Shown here in pieces: positions 16,088-30,710 of a stretch of 64,000 nucleotides of DNA. The position numbers were made by a program, and so were the translations under genes. The notes beneath the pieces were generated by a model. The model saw only the letters and a program-made list of their open reading frames with translations. It did no database searches and was not told the origin of the DNA. The DNA comes from Eledone cirrhosa (lineage: Eukaryota): the NCBI GenBank assembly GCA_964016885.1, contig OZ024742.1:354826001-354890000 (forward strand), given 5' to 3'. The stretch's first letter is position 1, and every line of letters begins with the position of its first letter.

Positions 16088-16984
16088 GATTTCGCTTGAA
16101 GCATAGTTTTATACAATATGTATAAATATTTCGTATCTCCAAAGAAATACGGTTTTAGGAAGCCGTAGCAATGTAAACACCGGGGGGCTAACGCCCTCTG
16201 GTGATGTCCAGCACAAGCAAGTGGGACAACCGCTTATGCATTTCAGGCTTAACTAGCCTACGTCAGGACGGTCCCTCCCACAGCTCGCGACTGCTGGACT
16301 AGAAGACAGGCGAGAATATATACTTTTCTCGTCTGTGTAAATGAGGTGATTAATCTCATCTGCATATGAAGCTGCATAATTTGGCTCAACTTATAATAGA
16401 AAAGAAATAAGATTTCGATTCAAGCATAGCTTTATACAATATGTATAAATATTTCGTATTTCCAAAGAAATACGGTTTTATGAAGCCGTAGCTATGCAAA
16501 CACCGGTGAGGAGGGGAGGGGGTGGGAGTGGGCTAACGCCCTCTGGTGATGTCCAGCAGAAGCAAGGGGTACAACCGTCTATGCATTTCAGGCTTTACTG
16601 GCCTTCGTCAGGACGGTCCCTCCCACCGCTTGCGACTGCTTGACTAGAAGACAGGCGAGAATATATACGTTTATCTTCTGTGTAAATGAGGTGATTAATC
16701 TCATTTGCATATGAAGCTGCATAAGTCGACTCAACTTATAATAAGTAAGAAATAATAAAAAAGAAAATGTATATATTCTCGCCTGTCTTCTAGTCCAGCA
16801 GTCGCAAGCGGTGGGAGGGACCGTCCTGGTGAAGGCCAGTTAAGCCTGAATTTAATAGACGGTTGTCCCCCTTGCTTCTGCTGGACATCACCAGAGCGCG
16901 TCAGCCCCCGGTGTTTGCATAGCTACGGCTTCCTAAAACCGTATTTCTTTGGAGATACGAAATATGTATACGTATTGTATAAAG
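16088..16984. repeat. Two tandem ~330-bp repeats plus an inverted partial copy
   Basis: 16088-16410 and 16410-16752 direct. 16767-16984 inverted and abutting the PLE endonuclease region. Confidence 0.88.
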
Positions 16985-19600
16985 ACATGTGTAGTGTCGC
17001 CAATCTGGTGGAATGTCTATAGTTTCTGTCTTTGAACGAGCTCTTGTGGTTGTACATCATCGACTGAAAAGTCGTGGATGTAGCTCCGATGTACGTGTGG
17101 CTATCGTTGTGCGTAGTAACCACACATCTTTATACAACGCCCTTTGTCAGGAACATTCCCTGCAGTTACATGTCCGTGCATTCATTTTTGCAACTCCTGT
17201 TACGTGTTCCTTGCGTCTTATTTGTGTGCTCTGGCGGAATGGTGGATTCAATGTTCACCACCAGCTGGTATCTGCTGGCAGGTCTGGGGCCTTCCGCAGC
17301 CGCAGGTCTGCCCCCAAACACGTCCCCAGAAACATCAGCCACTTCCCCGTGCTCCCCCCGCAACTCCCCCGGTGGGTCCGGTGCCTAACCGTTGCGCCTA
17401 TGAGGTGTCCTCAATTTCAACGCCTTCATCCTGGCCATGTAGTCCACCATGTTGGGTGCCGTGTAAAATGAGAACTTCACGTTGTGCCGATTGAAAATTG
17501 TGTGATACCCGTGTGAAGCCGGGAAACATTCGTCCAATGCACTGAAGAAGAGACCTGGTACGTTAGTGCGTACATGTTTCGAGCAGGGTGCATTAAACCA
17601 TGTGACGTTTATAGATCTATTTCCATTTCGTCGTCTGCTATTAGTGGTGCTTGCATCGTCAAGCTGCTCTCTCGGTTTAAGCCCTACTCCTAATTGACCC
17701 CCCATTCTATCCCTATGCTTAGAAATGTCACTTAATCTGTGGAATGGTCTTCGATCTCTAAGTTGTTATGGGCACGGTTACTAGCCCTATTTTCCGTCTC
17801 TGTCTCGCTACCCTAGTATCCTTACATATCATTACTGGTATTCTTAGTCATGGTATTACCCCTATAGCACCGGCCTGGGTTATCTACTTCACTCTCTATG
17901 GTTTGGCCGTCCCGGTCCGTGGATTTATTACTGTTTAGTCTGTATGTCTTGTGGTCCCTAGGGTTCCAGATTCTCTCAATTGTCTATGCGTTTTGCGGCC
18001 ATCACTGCCGTGTTTAATTCTCCTATCTATACTGTTGGGTGTTTGATTATGTGTAGGTTGTCTGCCTGAGTTATTACTAGCTTTATCAGGGTCTTTTTGT
18101 TCTTCTCTATGCGGCCTGCCCTTGTCCGGGGTATACGCTATTGATTCTGTATACCCTGCCCTGCCCAGTGCCTCATTGTAGTAGTCGGCGTGCTGATTGA
18201 ACACATACACATTGGCGGACAGTGTGGATACTCGGGTGGATAACCCCTTCACTATAGCGTCAATAACCGACTTGGGGTGGTTTGAGTGACTGTTTACATA
18301 CTGCAGGTTCTCGTTGGGCTTGTGATATGGTCGGTATAAGCCTGTATCCAGTTCCAAGTATACGTCTAGGAAATGTACTCTATTAGTGCTATTTTCCCAT
18401 CGCACGGATAAGCCGTGCTGCTAAAAGAAATGGGAGATGCGCTTCCGCATGCGCTCCAGCTGGATAGAGTTTAATGAGCGGAAGGTAAATAGGGCGTCGT
18501 CTCTATATATCCCTCCGCCTATCCCTGGAATCTCCTGTGCTAACCTATGGAGTAGATACATTCCCACCAAATACGACACCTGTGCGGAGTCGCTCGAGCC
18601 CACGGTGATGTCGAAGCTGTCGGGTCTATCTCTCCTTTCCCACAATCTACCGACAAACCTAGTGAGTGTATTTCTAGTAGCTATAATGATGGCTACTAGA
18701 ACTCCAGTTAAGTTGGACCTTGCCATAGCGCTCATGAGGGCCTTGTTTACAATTAATAGTGAGATAGACGCGTAGTAATTTGCTATGTCCAGCTGCACAA
18801 AGTTCACTTGCTGCTTGGTGGGCAGCGCTGTAAACCAGTCTATTACCTCCTTAGTGGAAGTCTATAAGCTAAGTTTATTTCCACTCATAAGAGTGGGCAG
18901 TATCCTATCCATAATATTCTTACTGGCCCTACTTAGGTCTGACTTGGAGGGTGCTATTAATCTAACCGGGTGTCTGGTCTTAAAGTCTAATTTATGGTCC
19001 TTGTTGAAAATCCGCGGTTTTCTAGGTACGTGTTGTTCTGTCTTGTCTGCTACTTCCAAACCTGTCATTAAGCTTTGGGTCGTGTAGTTAATTATGTCAA
19101 TGTTGTCCTGTCCCGTAATCGTATAAATGTTCTTAATCTCTTTCTCCATGCATTTTCCGTAGATTCCGTGGTTCATCCTGTAAATGTTACTCGTCTTATC
19201 TGAAGGTACAAGTAAGTCCGGCAACTCTCCATGCTTTAATCTTCGATCTGAGCTCTTTCGTGTACTGGTTTCCACGTGGTGGATTACTGTTGAATTGTAT
19301 GTTCCTTGCGATGCCTACTGAGCGGTTTTCGAAGGTTTCCAGTGCCCCGTTTTGCGGGGGGTGTTGTCTGAACTTGAAAATCTTCCTAAGGCGGTCGCGT
19401 GGGATGTCCTGAGTCTGTTGTGTGTTCCCGTGGTCGTAGTGGAAGGCCAGCCATCTCATCCGCCTGACAAATGAGTTGGTGTGGTGGATGAGTAGGTGAA
19501 GGTAGGTGTTGTCCGAAAGTATCGTGATGTATTTGGACGAGGAAGAGTACTGGAATCTCTCCATGGCAATTCGCTTCAAGCGCTCGACTTGTGGAGAAGC
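16985..19600 (-). mobile_element. Degraded Nematis-like PLE ORF
   Basis: SFVRRMRWLAFHY, VPSDKTSNIY, KDHKLDF..PVRLIAPSKS, VQLDIANYY, GGIYRDDAL, VHFLDV, VTWFNAP, TYIGATST. Many frameshifts. Confidence 0.9.
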
Positions 19601-19604
19601 AAAA

Positions 19605-21615
19605 TAATTGGTGTTGGTTGCTTAAAGCGTCCGTATGCGATAGGCCGTATGAGCACTCAATGCCCTCGTAGAGGGAGTATGATATCACAGAAAAAAGAGA
19701 ATCACTGATGCGCCGAAAGGAATTTATTGGACATATTTCGAATGTTTCTCGGGCAACCAGCTCGAGGCAAGATCGATATGGATATAACTGACTCTGAAAT
19801 CAAAATGTCTTCGATTCGCGATGCTTAATCAGCTACTTGGATGATGGACATGATGCTTGTCTTGAGGTTAATATCGCAGATAATTGTAATGATGATGTTA
19901 ATTTTAATTTTAATTTAATTTTGATTTCAATTTCAATCTTGTCGTTCCATGCCGCCGATATACACACACACACAACGCATAACGCTGGCACATTTTATCA
20001 TACATACACACCACTAACATTCCATATATATTGTTATGAAACACATCCTCTTTACTTTCCATGTATATACTAAACCCGTGCACATCTCATATATACTTTT
20101 ATCAAATGGAAGTTAAACATAACCACAATATATATAACTTGTTTGTGCACGCATACACGGCCTACACCTATTCACAAGCAACGAGACCTGCATTATGTGC
20201 AGCCTCCTACCCAGTACATTAGCCCAACAACCCCCATCTATTTCATATAAACATTTGAACCACAGCCCACAACTACTGTATGAAACTTTAAGCACACCTC
20301 GATAATGTCCGGTCCCCCTCTGCATCCTTGTCATGTATGCATTCTCTTGTTCTAGCATTTTATTTTATTGTATTTTATTTTATTATTGTATATTATTTCA
20401 TTATTTTATGTTATGTGCATACAGGTTTTTTTTTTAAATATATTAGTACAAGGATATTGTGCTGCCGTAACATGTTGGCATATTGTGCAGATACCCTCGG
20501 ACTCACACCGCCACGTGATCAAGTTAGGTCAAGGCCTCAAACGCGTTGTCTCATACAATACTGTGTGCACCAACTGCGCAGCGGCACGTGGGGGGAGGGC
20601 TACCTATATGCATCCGGTGCTGAGCACGCGGTATGTATGCGTGCCTACACAGACATGTATGTGCACGTGTGTGTGCATGCATGGGTCGATGTATTTGTCT
20701 GAGCATGTATGCGTGGGTGTACGGATGAATTTCCATGGATTGTTCTTTTGCCATCTGCCTATATAAGTGTGCGGCGTCTTGGCTATGCACGCTACCTTGA
20801 GTCCAGTGTGTGAGTGTAGAATTGGGTCTATTTGTTGAAAACACCTTTGATATAGCCCTCCGTTTGAATGGCTGTTGAAAGCTTTCTTTTTAAAAACGCC
20901 TTTTTAAAAAACGTTCTTGTACAGGTTCTTTCTTTTTCTTTGTCCTTTTCTTTTTGAAATATGTATGGCGGAGTGTCTCCTAAGGTTGTATCCAACTAAT
21001 TTTACGCTAAATATCCCCATAACTTGTTTTTTTTTTTTAAATTCCGCAAAACATTATTTATGATGAATGCCGTATACAGCATAATTATGGGTTTGTACCT
21101 GACAGATGTAGACTAAGGCGCCTACGGGCAATGAAGAAGTCGAAGTGATGCCAGCCGTTCAAGATTACAGCCCCTTTTCCACCACAGTAGTAATTCTGAT
21201 ACATGAAGAAATTTTGATTGACAGGTGGAGAAAGAGAGGGAGCAAGACGTGGGCAACCATGAGTGGCTAGAAATACCGATGACGTGTACAATTCTTGACC
21301 ACTCTTGGAATGACAACAACAGGATCTAAATCAACAAACGAAGAAATTCGATGTTAAAAGAATATAGGAAAATCTCATTCGTAGAATCGAGACGTATCTG
21401 ACGACCTTGTTGATTTCAGAGTCTGGTGTGATCCCCATATCGATCGTGCGTCGAACTTTTCACCAGAGAAACTTTTGTAATATGTGTAATACATTCCTTT
21501 CGTCGCAACACTGATTCTCTTTTTTCTAGGATAGCATGTTATGCTCTACAAGAACATTGAGTGCACATACGGCCTACCGCATACGGATGCTTTAAGCATC
21601 CAACGCCAATTACCA
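19605..21615. repeat. Diverged ~210-bp inverted repeat at the 5' side of the Nematis-like element
   Basis: 19605-19810 vs 21403-21615, e.g. ttaaagcgtccgtatgcgataggccgtatg / catacggcctaccgcatacggatgctttaa. Confidence 0.75.
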
Positions 21616-21759
21616 TATATATATATATATATACATATATATATAGGTTGAAAAAAAAATGAAAACGAAATTTCATTTCTCACTCTTAGTATGGCACTTA
21701 CTTAAATGTAAGTATGTATGTATACGTACATACATATATGTATACAGACGTACAGTAGC

Positions 21760-21799
<40 letters not shown>

Positions 21800-21868
21800 A
21801 AAAAGAGATGAAATCGAAAATGCAACTGAAGTCTTATTTTTTTTAAAAATATATATATTTATTTGGTT

Positions 21869-21906
21869 CCTTTACCGGTTTCGCAGTTCTTCTGCTTTTC
21901 AAAAGG
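21869..21906 (-). ncRNA. Type I hammerhead, U3-A8 core variant
   Basis: CCTT TTGAAAA GCAG aagaa CTGC GAAA CCGG TA AAGG. All three stems perfect. Confidence 0.75.
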
Positions 21907-21928
21907 TGAGTTGAGATGGAGGGTCTGT

Positions 21929-22000
<72 letters not shown>

Positions 22001-22006
<6 letters not shown>

Positions 22007-22612
22007 CAGGTACACATACATATATGCACGCATCAGTTTAGCGGACGCTTATTATAACGCCGCTTTGTTCGTTTGTAAACAAACTGAACAGCCTGAATTT
22101 ATGCCATACGGTGTTAAGGCAACCACGTCACCTTTTTGTTCAACACTGACACAGGAACGATGTACTAGTTTCAAGCTTGTTAGCTATCATCAGCACCGTT
22201 TACCCATCTGCCAGATAGTTGAACGTTCGAAAGAATATACTTTCCTTATGAAAATTAACGGCTGAGCAGCCTAATTTGCATATTTTCAACTTATCGTTTT
22301 CGGTATGCCTGACCGATTTAATTCACTCAATATGCAAATTAGGCTGCTCAGCCGTTAATTTTCATAAGGAAAGTATATACTTTCGAACGTTTAACTATCT
22401 GGCAGATGGGTAAACGGTGATGATGATAGCTAACAAGCTTGAAACTAGTACATCGTTCCTGTGTCAGTGTTGAACAAAAAGGTGACGTGGTTGCCTTAAC
22501 ACCGTATGGCATAAATTCAGGCTGTTCAGTTTGTTTACAAACGAACAAAGCGGCGTTATAATAAGCGTCCGCTAAACTGATGCGTGCATATATGTATGTG
22601 TACCTGTATGTA
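22001..22612. mobile_element. 612-bp palindromic HHR cassette between (TA)n tracts
   Basis: Arms 22001-22284 and 22329-22612 near-identical, 44-nt spacer, no coding content. Confidence 0.92.
22158..22198 (-). ncRNA. Canonical minimal type I hammerhead
   Basis: CGGTG CTGATGA T AGCT aaca AGCT T GAAA CTAG TA CATCG. The plus-arm copy 22415-22455 has C3A. Confidence 0.88.
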
Positions 22613-22698
<86 letters not shown>

Positions 22699-22751
22699 TG
22701 CTACTGTACGTCTGTATACATATATGTATGTACGTATACATACATACTTAC

Positions 22752-22836
<85 letters not shown>

Positions 22837-23212
22837 CTACGAAGCCGAATGTTTGGCTTTTTGAAGTGTTGAGAATATAGCTATTTATTTAAGTAGAAAT
22901 AATGTGATCAAGCTCAGAAATATAATAAAGATTGCTTATGAAACAGGCTGAAGACATTTAGGAGATGGGGAAAATAATTTGCCATCATGCAGTATGAGGA
23001 ATTGAACAATGATTCTTCCCAACACTGACTAGAAACTTTAGCCATTAAGGGATCGAGTCATTGACGAAATTCATTCTGTCAGTTTTAACTAGATAGCTGT
23101 CAGCAAGCAGGCAAAGAATCTGACAGGTAGACATCCGTCAGGAAAGGAATAGTGAACGAGGCCGATTTTTCGGCTTTTGGAATGTTGAGAGTATATGTAT
23201 ATATATATATAT

Positions 23213-23555
23213 GGTGGCTGCCCTCTCGTTATCGAGTATGGCCATTGTACGATATACCATTTTTAATTAATTCTATCGTGCAATGCCTGTGAGTGAAGAT
23301 ATTTTTTTTTAAAGTGAGGAAAGACTGTGCACTGAGCCAAACCCACTCTCTGAGTGACAGTAGCTATGACACTAACAGAAGAAAATATCAACATTATCGG
23401 TAACTATGAGCCGCAGGTTTTATAACGGAGTTATGCCAGTTTCCTGAGTAACTTTTTCCTAGAAGAATGCCCTGACAAAGGCTAGAGGCCCTTCACTCCC
23501 ACTAGTTTAACCGCGCAATCGGGTGTCCAGCCCGACAATTTCAAAGTCCCCGCGC
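23213..23555 (-). mobile_element. Possible RTE-related non-autonomous retroelement
   Basis: Resembles recalled RTE 5' UTR motifs (gccctgacaaaggctagaggccc). (TA)n-flanked. Confidence 0.35.
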
Positions 23556-23853
23556 ATATACATACATATACATATGTACATGTGTATATACATATTTACA
23601 CACTTTTTGATGGCCGTTGACTCTTATGAGTTCTTCCGCCCTTTGTCAGGTAATGTTTTTGTCCCGCAGGGTGTGCAGAATCACCCTTCTTACCAAGTAA
23701 AGTTGGCGGCGCTGCCGGTTTAGTCGATGCGACATGTACTGGGTAACATCTTACCAGTTCCACTAAAGAGTGACCCGACATACATACATACATACATACA
23801 TACATACATACATACATACATACATACACACACACACAGACACACACACACAC

Positions 23854-23900
<47 letters not shown>

Positions 23901-23924
23901 CAGCGTTTCATATAAATATAAATA

Positions 23925-23986
<62 letters not shown>

Positions 23987-24381
23987 AAACGTGCTCAATC
24001 TCAAAGACGGGAAGATAAGTTGCCATCGGCAGCTACAAGGAGAATATGGGATCTCTATCTCTAATAGGCAAATTCTTTCCCCATTTTTAAGGTTGTTTAC
24101 CATATCTTGTAAGCTTTCTTCATAGTTGCATTTTAAACTTATAGCCTGGTTTAAATGATTATTTATCTGGTTGATTTATACGGCTAGGGTGAGGAAAAAC
24201 TAGGTATATTTTATCTAATAATTCTTCAAACTTGCAATTTTACATATAGCTCTGATTAATAATTATTTGCTTAATCAAATATTTCATTGAGCCACATCGT
24301 GAAAGGTAGCCACACTCATATATGTATCTGTGACTATGTCTGAATATATGTCTAAATATATACATATATCCCTATGAATTT

Positions 24382-24427
<46 letters not shown>

Positions 24428-24430
<3 letters not shown>

Positions 24431-24753
24431 TTGTCTCCCGTTATTTGCACGGATTACATTCATAGAGCACCTTCAAAAGTGAAAAATACCGCGGATGTTG
24501 GACGTGGTACATATAAAATGCCTATAAATGTCAAAACCTAACGTATAGTATAGGCCCTCAAAAACGCTATATTATAATTAATAATTTATTGTTAAAATGC
24601 GTGAAAAAATTATTATTGCCACGAAAAAATCGCGGAAGAAGTCGCGGAAGGTATTTACTATTTGGCCAATATGTGTTGGGTTCCACGAACAGTTATTAGG
24701 TTTTAAGGAAAATTCCGTGAATAACCGGAAACATGAATGCCGAGAATACACTG
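24428..24753. mobile_element. Tigger/pogo-type MITE
   Basis: TA|CAGTTGTCTCCCGTTATT...AATGCCGAGAATACACTG|TA. Imperfect TIRs, TA target. Confidence 0.65.
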
Positions 24754-25177
24754 TATATATAATATTTACGGATGTACTAGCATAGTGTCCTTTATCAAAG
24801 GGCGGTATATGAAGGAATATACGATATGTATGTGTATAATATACATAAATGTGTCTCGGTTTCAATATCTGAAATAGTGATCAGTGGGCATACATCTCAG
24901 GGCCGCAGAATAAACGTAGTGATTCTGAATATTATCCGCCACCCGTCACATTTACTGACACGGTAATCAGACAAAATACGTTTATAGCTTATATAGTTTT
25001 GCGCAAGAGATATTGGCTGGTGGAGGTTTTATCTCTGTTACGCTGAAACAAAAGGAATACATTTTTTGTCTAACACATGGCGTTTTGCTTGCAAACAAAC
25101 CAAGTATTAACGCTATTAAAATATGATTATTATTCACTGAAGTATGAAAATATATACATATACATACATACATACAC

Positions 25178-25277
<100 letters not shown>

Positions 25278-25282
25278 GTATG

Positions 25283-25353
<71 letters not shown>

Positions 25354-25939
25354 CTGTATTTTTGACCGTTGGTCAAATAACCATTGATAAACATTGATTG
25401 CCAAATGAATTAACGATGGAGATATAAAAGACACAGAAGCGAAAACCAACCAAACAGTGAGTATGTTCTGTTATTATTTCTGGCAATATTATTACAACAA
25501 TATGACCTTCCCCAAGTATAACGATATATTTAAATATACTCACACATGTCTTCTTAGATTTTTACGGACGTATAATAACACAGACGCACACACAAACATT
25601 CGCATGTGCTCGCTCACACGTATACCTCTTTATACAAAACGTTTTTTTTCCCCGTTTCAAGTACACATGCTCCATCATCCACTTACACACACACATACAC
25701 ACATATATATATATTTATGTATATATATATTGAGATTGTACGTATCTATAACCATTAAAGTACAATTGTTGTGATAGACGGTATTTCAAAGCGTGAGGCC
25801 TCGTCATTAATATTAAATATATTAGAAATAAAAATGCTTTTAACCCGTATTGCAATTTGAATGACAGGAAGCCCATTTATCTACATATATACTGAATGGA
25901 GATTGAACAAATATTTATGGTATGCATATGTCTGTATAC

Positions 25940-26001
<62 letters not shown>

Positions 26002-26003
26002 CA

Positions 26004-26060
26004 AAGCCGTTTCGACGGTTATTTCTGGACTCAGTCCAGAAATAGCCGTCGAAACAGCTT
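26004..26060. repeat. Short palindrome containing an HHR stem II and GAAA
   Basis: Apex at 26032. Same family as 30787-30914. Confidence 0.8.
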
Positions 26061-26112
26061 GATCTCTGCCATCGGGATCATCATTTTTGCTATATATATA
26101 TATATATGTATA

Positions 26113-26781
26113 TGAGACTAAAACAAAATATCTGGTAGAGAATGTTGAGAAGCCAGAGGGGATCACTAAGGTAGGCGGGAAGCCGCTGGAATTGGTTGAG
26201 GACTTCCTGTATTTGGGAGCAAAGATTGGGAATACGGAGGATGATGTGGTTGAGAGGAAGAGCAAGGCCTGGGCGGCGTGCCACAGCTTGAGATTGGTGT
26301 GGAAGTCGGACCTTCGTAGAGACCTGAAAATCCGCCTCTTCATTGTTGTAGTAGAGTCTGTGCTGCTGTATGGGTTTGAGACTTGGACACTGACCAAGAA
26401 ACTCACTCAGATGGTGGATGGGTGCTACACGAGAATGCTGAGGATGGCTCTGAACATTAATCAGTATACACTGAGGATGAATAACTCAGAGCTGTATGGG
26501 AGCATCCCAAAAGTCAGCTCAAAAGTGACACAGAGGAGACTGAGGTTAGCTGGACATGCTCACCGACATCCAGAGTTGACATTGCACTCAGTACTCCTTT
26601 GGGAGCCCCTACATGGACACACTAGAAGAGGAAGACCAAGGTTAACGTATGTTGATGCCTTAAGCACAGACACTGGTCTGTTGGAGATGCAGGACATGGC
26701 AGCGATAACAGAGGGACAGAGACCGCTGGAGAATACTCGTCCATGGATCTAGGGAATTTTACCCGCCCTAGATAGATAGAT
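26113..26781 (+). mobile_element. RTE-type LINE 3' fragment
   Basis: LELVEDFLYLG, SVLLYGFETWTLT, RRLRLAGH, RGRPRLTYVD, followed by a (TAGA)n tail. Confidence 0.88.
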
Positions 26782-27188
26782 GTATATATATGGGGCAATA
26801 AATAATTCCGACCTTAACTATCAACGCATCTCTTCAAAAGTAACCAGTATAATAAAACCCCTACCATAACATTTTGATTAAGATATCTGCAAACTACTCT
26901 CTCCTACTTCTCCAAACCCTGCATATATTTCTCTCTCTCTCCCTCTCCCCTACCTTTCTCTCTTCTTTTTCTACTCTATCTTCCCCAACAACCCCACTTA
27001 AGGGTATTTACATAGTACATTTACCATTCTGCTCTGAGGAAACAGTGGTCACAGCATTGGATATTTGAGTTCTGCAAATACTTGTGAATTTGCACATAGC
27101 ATAACAAGGCTGTAGTACCACCGTGGAAACACTTGTAAGCACACGGAATAAATTACCTTTTTATGATGTCTACCTGTTATTATTCATT

Positions 27189-27280
<92 letters not shown>

Positions 27281-27569
27281 TAAATACAATTTACAATTCA
27301 TTAATATATATGTGTGTGTTGTGTGTGTAGTTTGTATATACTTGAGAATCTGTGTGCATGTAAGTGTCTAAATATATATATGTATATCGCTGTATGTGTG
27401 TACATGTATACATCCGTATCATATATGATATCTGTAATCATATGTGATATATTTAATCATATATGATATAAAAAATCATATATGATTAATTTAATAAAAA
27501 GACCGTTCCATAAAAATACGTAACAGTTTACAGTAGCATGGATGATATTATCGTTTGCCTGTTTTGTAG

Positions 27570-27774
27570 GTGTATTCTGATGTGGAAATGAGTTGCGCCT
27601 TGACTGGCGCCAAGATGTATCGGCATTTGCCTTTCCCTTGGACGACATCGATGGCGTGGAAACGGGTGGGTGTTATGCAGGGTCGACTACTTGTTTTCTA
27701 TAAAGAAATTTACCCGGATTTGTGTTTAGGAAGTGCAAATCTGGTCTTTAACTCTCTTACCTATACTTCTGCAG
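27570..27774 (+). CDS. Candidate host exon with PH-domain-like N-terminal strands
   Basis: gcctgttttgtAG acceptor and GTAAGT donor. Only one open frame: VYSDVEMSCALTGAKMYRHLPFPWTTSMAWKRVGVMQGRLLVFYKEIYPDLCLGSANL... Phase 0 start matches the 14668 donor. Confidence 0.68.
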
Positions 27775-28052
27775 GTAAGTGATCGAATTCTGAATTTAGA
27801 TTTTAGATAGAATCGAAAACCTTTATACCTTGGTTGGCATTCACACTGATGACGAAGTTTTCGATTTGAAAGGAACTGAAAGAAAACATAAGATGAACAT
27901 AAAGAAATGATTGTGATGGTGATCATGATGATGATGGTTATGATGAGGCCAGATTGGATGAAGTTGTTTGTTATAACGATGATGATCTTGATAAATGGCC
28001 AGGTGATATAATTTCTTCATTATATACATGCGTTATGACATCGTATATACAT

Positions 28053-28143
<91 letters not shown>

Positions 28144-28171
28144 GTGTGTATATATATATATATATAATGTG

Positions 28172-28279
<108 letters not shown>

Positions 28280-28613
28280 TATATATATATATACATATAT
28301 ATACATATATATGTGAGTGTGTGTGTCTGTGTGATTCCTGTGCTTTGAACAAATTGCATTTATGCAAGATTTTCTTTCCCCGTTTATAAATTGAAATTAA
28401 TGATAATCAAAATAAAATATAATTATAATTAAATGCGTTGTAGTAAAAGAAAAAGAAGAAAAACTACCTAGCAAACAAATAGTATTAACATCCATAATTG
28501 TTTGTTTATTTATTTTGTAAATCCTTTTTCTAAATGAAATTATCGTTTATTTAAAGTTTGTCAACAGAGAACGTAATCTAAATACAAGAATATGAAGATG
28601 TATATGAATGTAT

Positions 28614-28686
<73 letters not shown>

Positions 28687-28709
28687 TCACTCACTCACTC
28701 ACTCACTCA

Positions 28710-28751
<42 letters not shown>

Positions 28752-29563
28752 CTTTCTCTATCTCTCTCTCTTACTCTCTCTCTATCTCTATATCTATCTC
28801 TTTTATCCCCTCCCCTCTCTATACATTTGTACTACCTATCTTTCACCCCTTCTCTCTCCATCTATGTATCTCTCTCTCCCCTCTTATTACCCACTTTCTC
28901 TCTCTCTCTCTTATTACTTATTATTCAATCTTTCTTCCTCTGTTTATACTCCTAGACTTTCTTTTTTCTGAATTCATTTTTGTTTTACTAATTGTTGGGA
29001 ATTACTGTTTATTCCGATCATAATATTACATTTTCATCAATTTTCATTAATATATATTGTTTGTGTGTGTATTGGATTAAGTGAATGTCTATGTTTAAAT
29101 GTCCATATGTTTTGTAGAAATTAAAAACAAAAAGAATAGTTTTCAAACATGTTAATGACATTTGAAAAATTATCTAAATTTATGTTCATTATTAAATATT
29201 GCACCTGATAAGGAAATATATGAATCAGTTTCAATTTCTGTTTAAAGCTAAATTCATATATTATTACTATTTCTGTCATTAATAGCTATTATAGTAGATT
29301 ACTATATTCTAGCATTCCATTTCTCCAACAAATAAATATGTGGACACTTCCTTTCTAAAGTAATCCTATAATATATTAGAGTAACAATCCACTCAGGTAT
29401 TCATTTTCAGGATTTTATAGAATTCTATATATAAGGTATACTGAAAATATGAATTTAAAAGAGGTGTAATCTTTTACTGACTCCTAGTCATATGCTGATT
29501 GATATGGACATTCTATAATATTGGATTTCTAGAACTATTCCATATATATATGTGTGTATATAT

Positions 29564-29653
<90 letters not shown>

Positions 29654-30062
29654 TTCTGTGTGAATATGTGTGTGTGCATATGTGTGGGTGTAAAGTAGTA
29701 GTATATTCAATATGAAGCAAATATATATATATATATATATATATTGTAACAGCGTTATCAAAGCTATATATATATATATATATGCGTGAGTGTGTGTTAA
29801 CGGCCCAAATAGACCGAGAAACCAATATGGTCAAATACGTCAACAGTTTGTGTACAATGAAGTCCAATGGAAAGAAAAGTATGTGATGTTTCGCCTTAAT
29901 CCCTTCATCGAAGTACAGTAATAGAAGATGTGTATACGAATGGAATAAGGAAATACTTCAATGCAACCATTTGCTTCATACGGATGCATCCTAGTATATA
30001 TATATAAATACGCACACACACACACGCACACTCACACATACACACACACACACATACACACC

Positions 30063-30103
<41 letters not shown>

Positions 30104-30140
30104 CCTCATTCTTGCTCTAGTGTTTGCATATAAACAGAAC

Positions 30141-30182
30141 TGCAGACACTAATGTTTCTGGGCATAGCCCTTCATCAGTACA
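30141..30182 (-). ncRNA. Canonical type I hammerhead
   Basis: TGTA CTGATGA A GGGC tat GCCC A GAAA CATTAGTG TC TGCA. GUC site. Confidence 0.85.
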
Positions 30183-30673
30183 GTTCACTGTTCACCTGCC
30201 AACATTCATAGCTAGTGAAAATATATGATATATTCAAAAAGATACAGTGACCGATAGGCCTAATTTGCATAATAGCAGACTGGCTGATCAGTCTGATTTG
30301 CATATTCGCAGATCCCCTGATCAGCTAAATTTGAATATCAGGAGACTGGCCAGTTAGTTTCCTGTATCCGAGCGATAAATGGCCGGCTTTGCCACATTCA
30401 AATAATAAAAAAATCGCTCTACATGGCAGAATATATATGTAATTAGTTAAGATAACTTGATAATTCAACTCTATAAAGGCAAAGGATAATTTAAAGGTGG
30501 AATGTGATTTCATAGTCAACAGTAAAATAAGTGAACGACGGTTCAGAGTTTAATCGGTTTATTTCCAATCACAGTAGTTTCACAGTATCACAGAGCTCAT
30601 ATAAATGATTCAAATAACCAGCAATACATTACATAATTTAATGTAATTGAATCCAGGTTAGTTCATTCTCATA

Positions 30674-30710
<37 letters not shown>

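Noticed and set aside
22274-22339. Octamer ATTTGCAT motifs (also 30262 and 30296) as regulatory sites
   Set aside because: Short motif inside related repeats in AT-rich DNA, with no independent support.
27846-27875. Isolated CTGAnGA...GAAA matches (27846, 22948, 25785, 5992)
   Set aside because: Stems I/III missing or truncated, so they are not counted as ribozymes.
29411-29435. Micro-exon candidates (29411-29435, ~31423-31454, 13589-13620)
   Set aside because: Weak splice signals, or phases that do not fit the exon chain.
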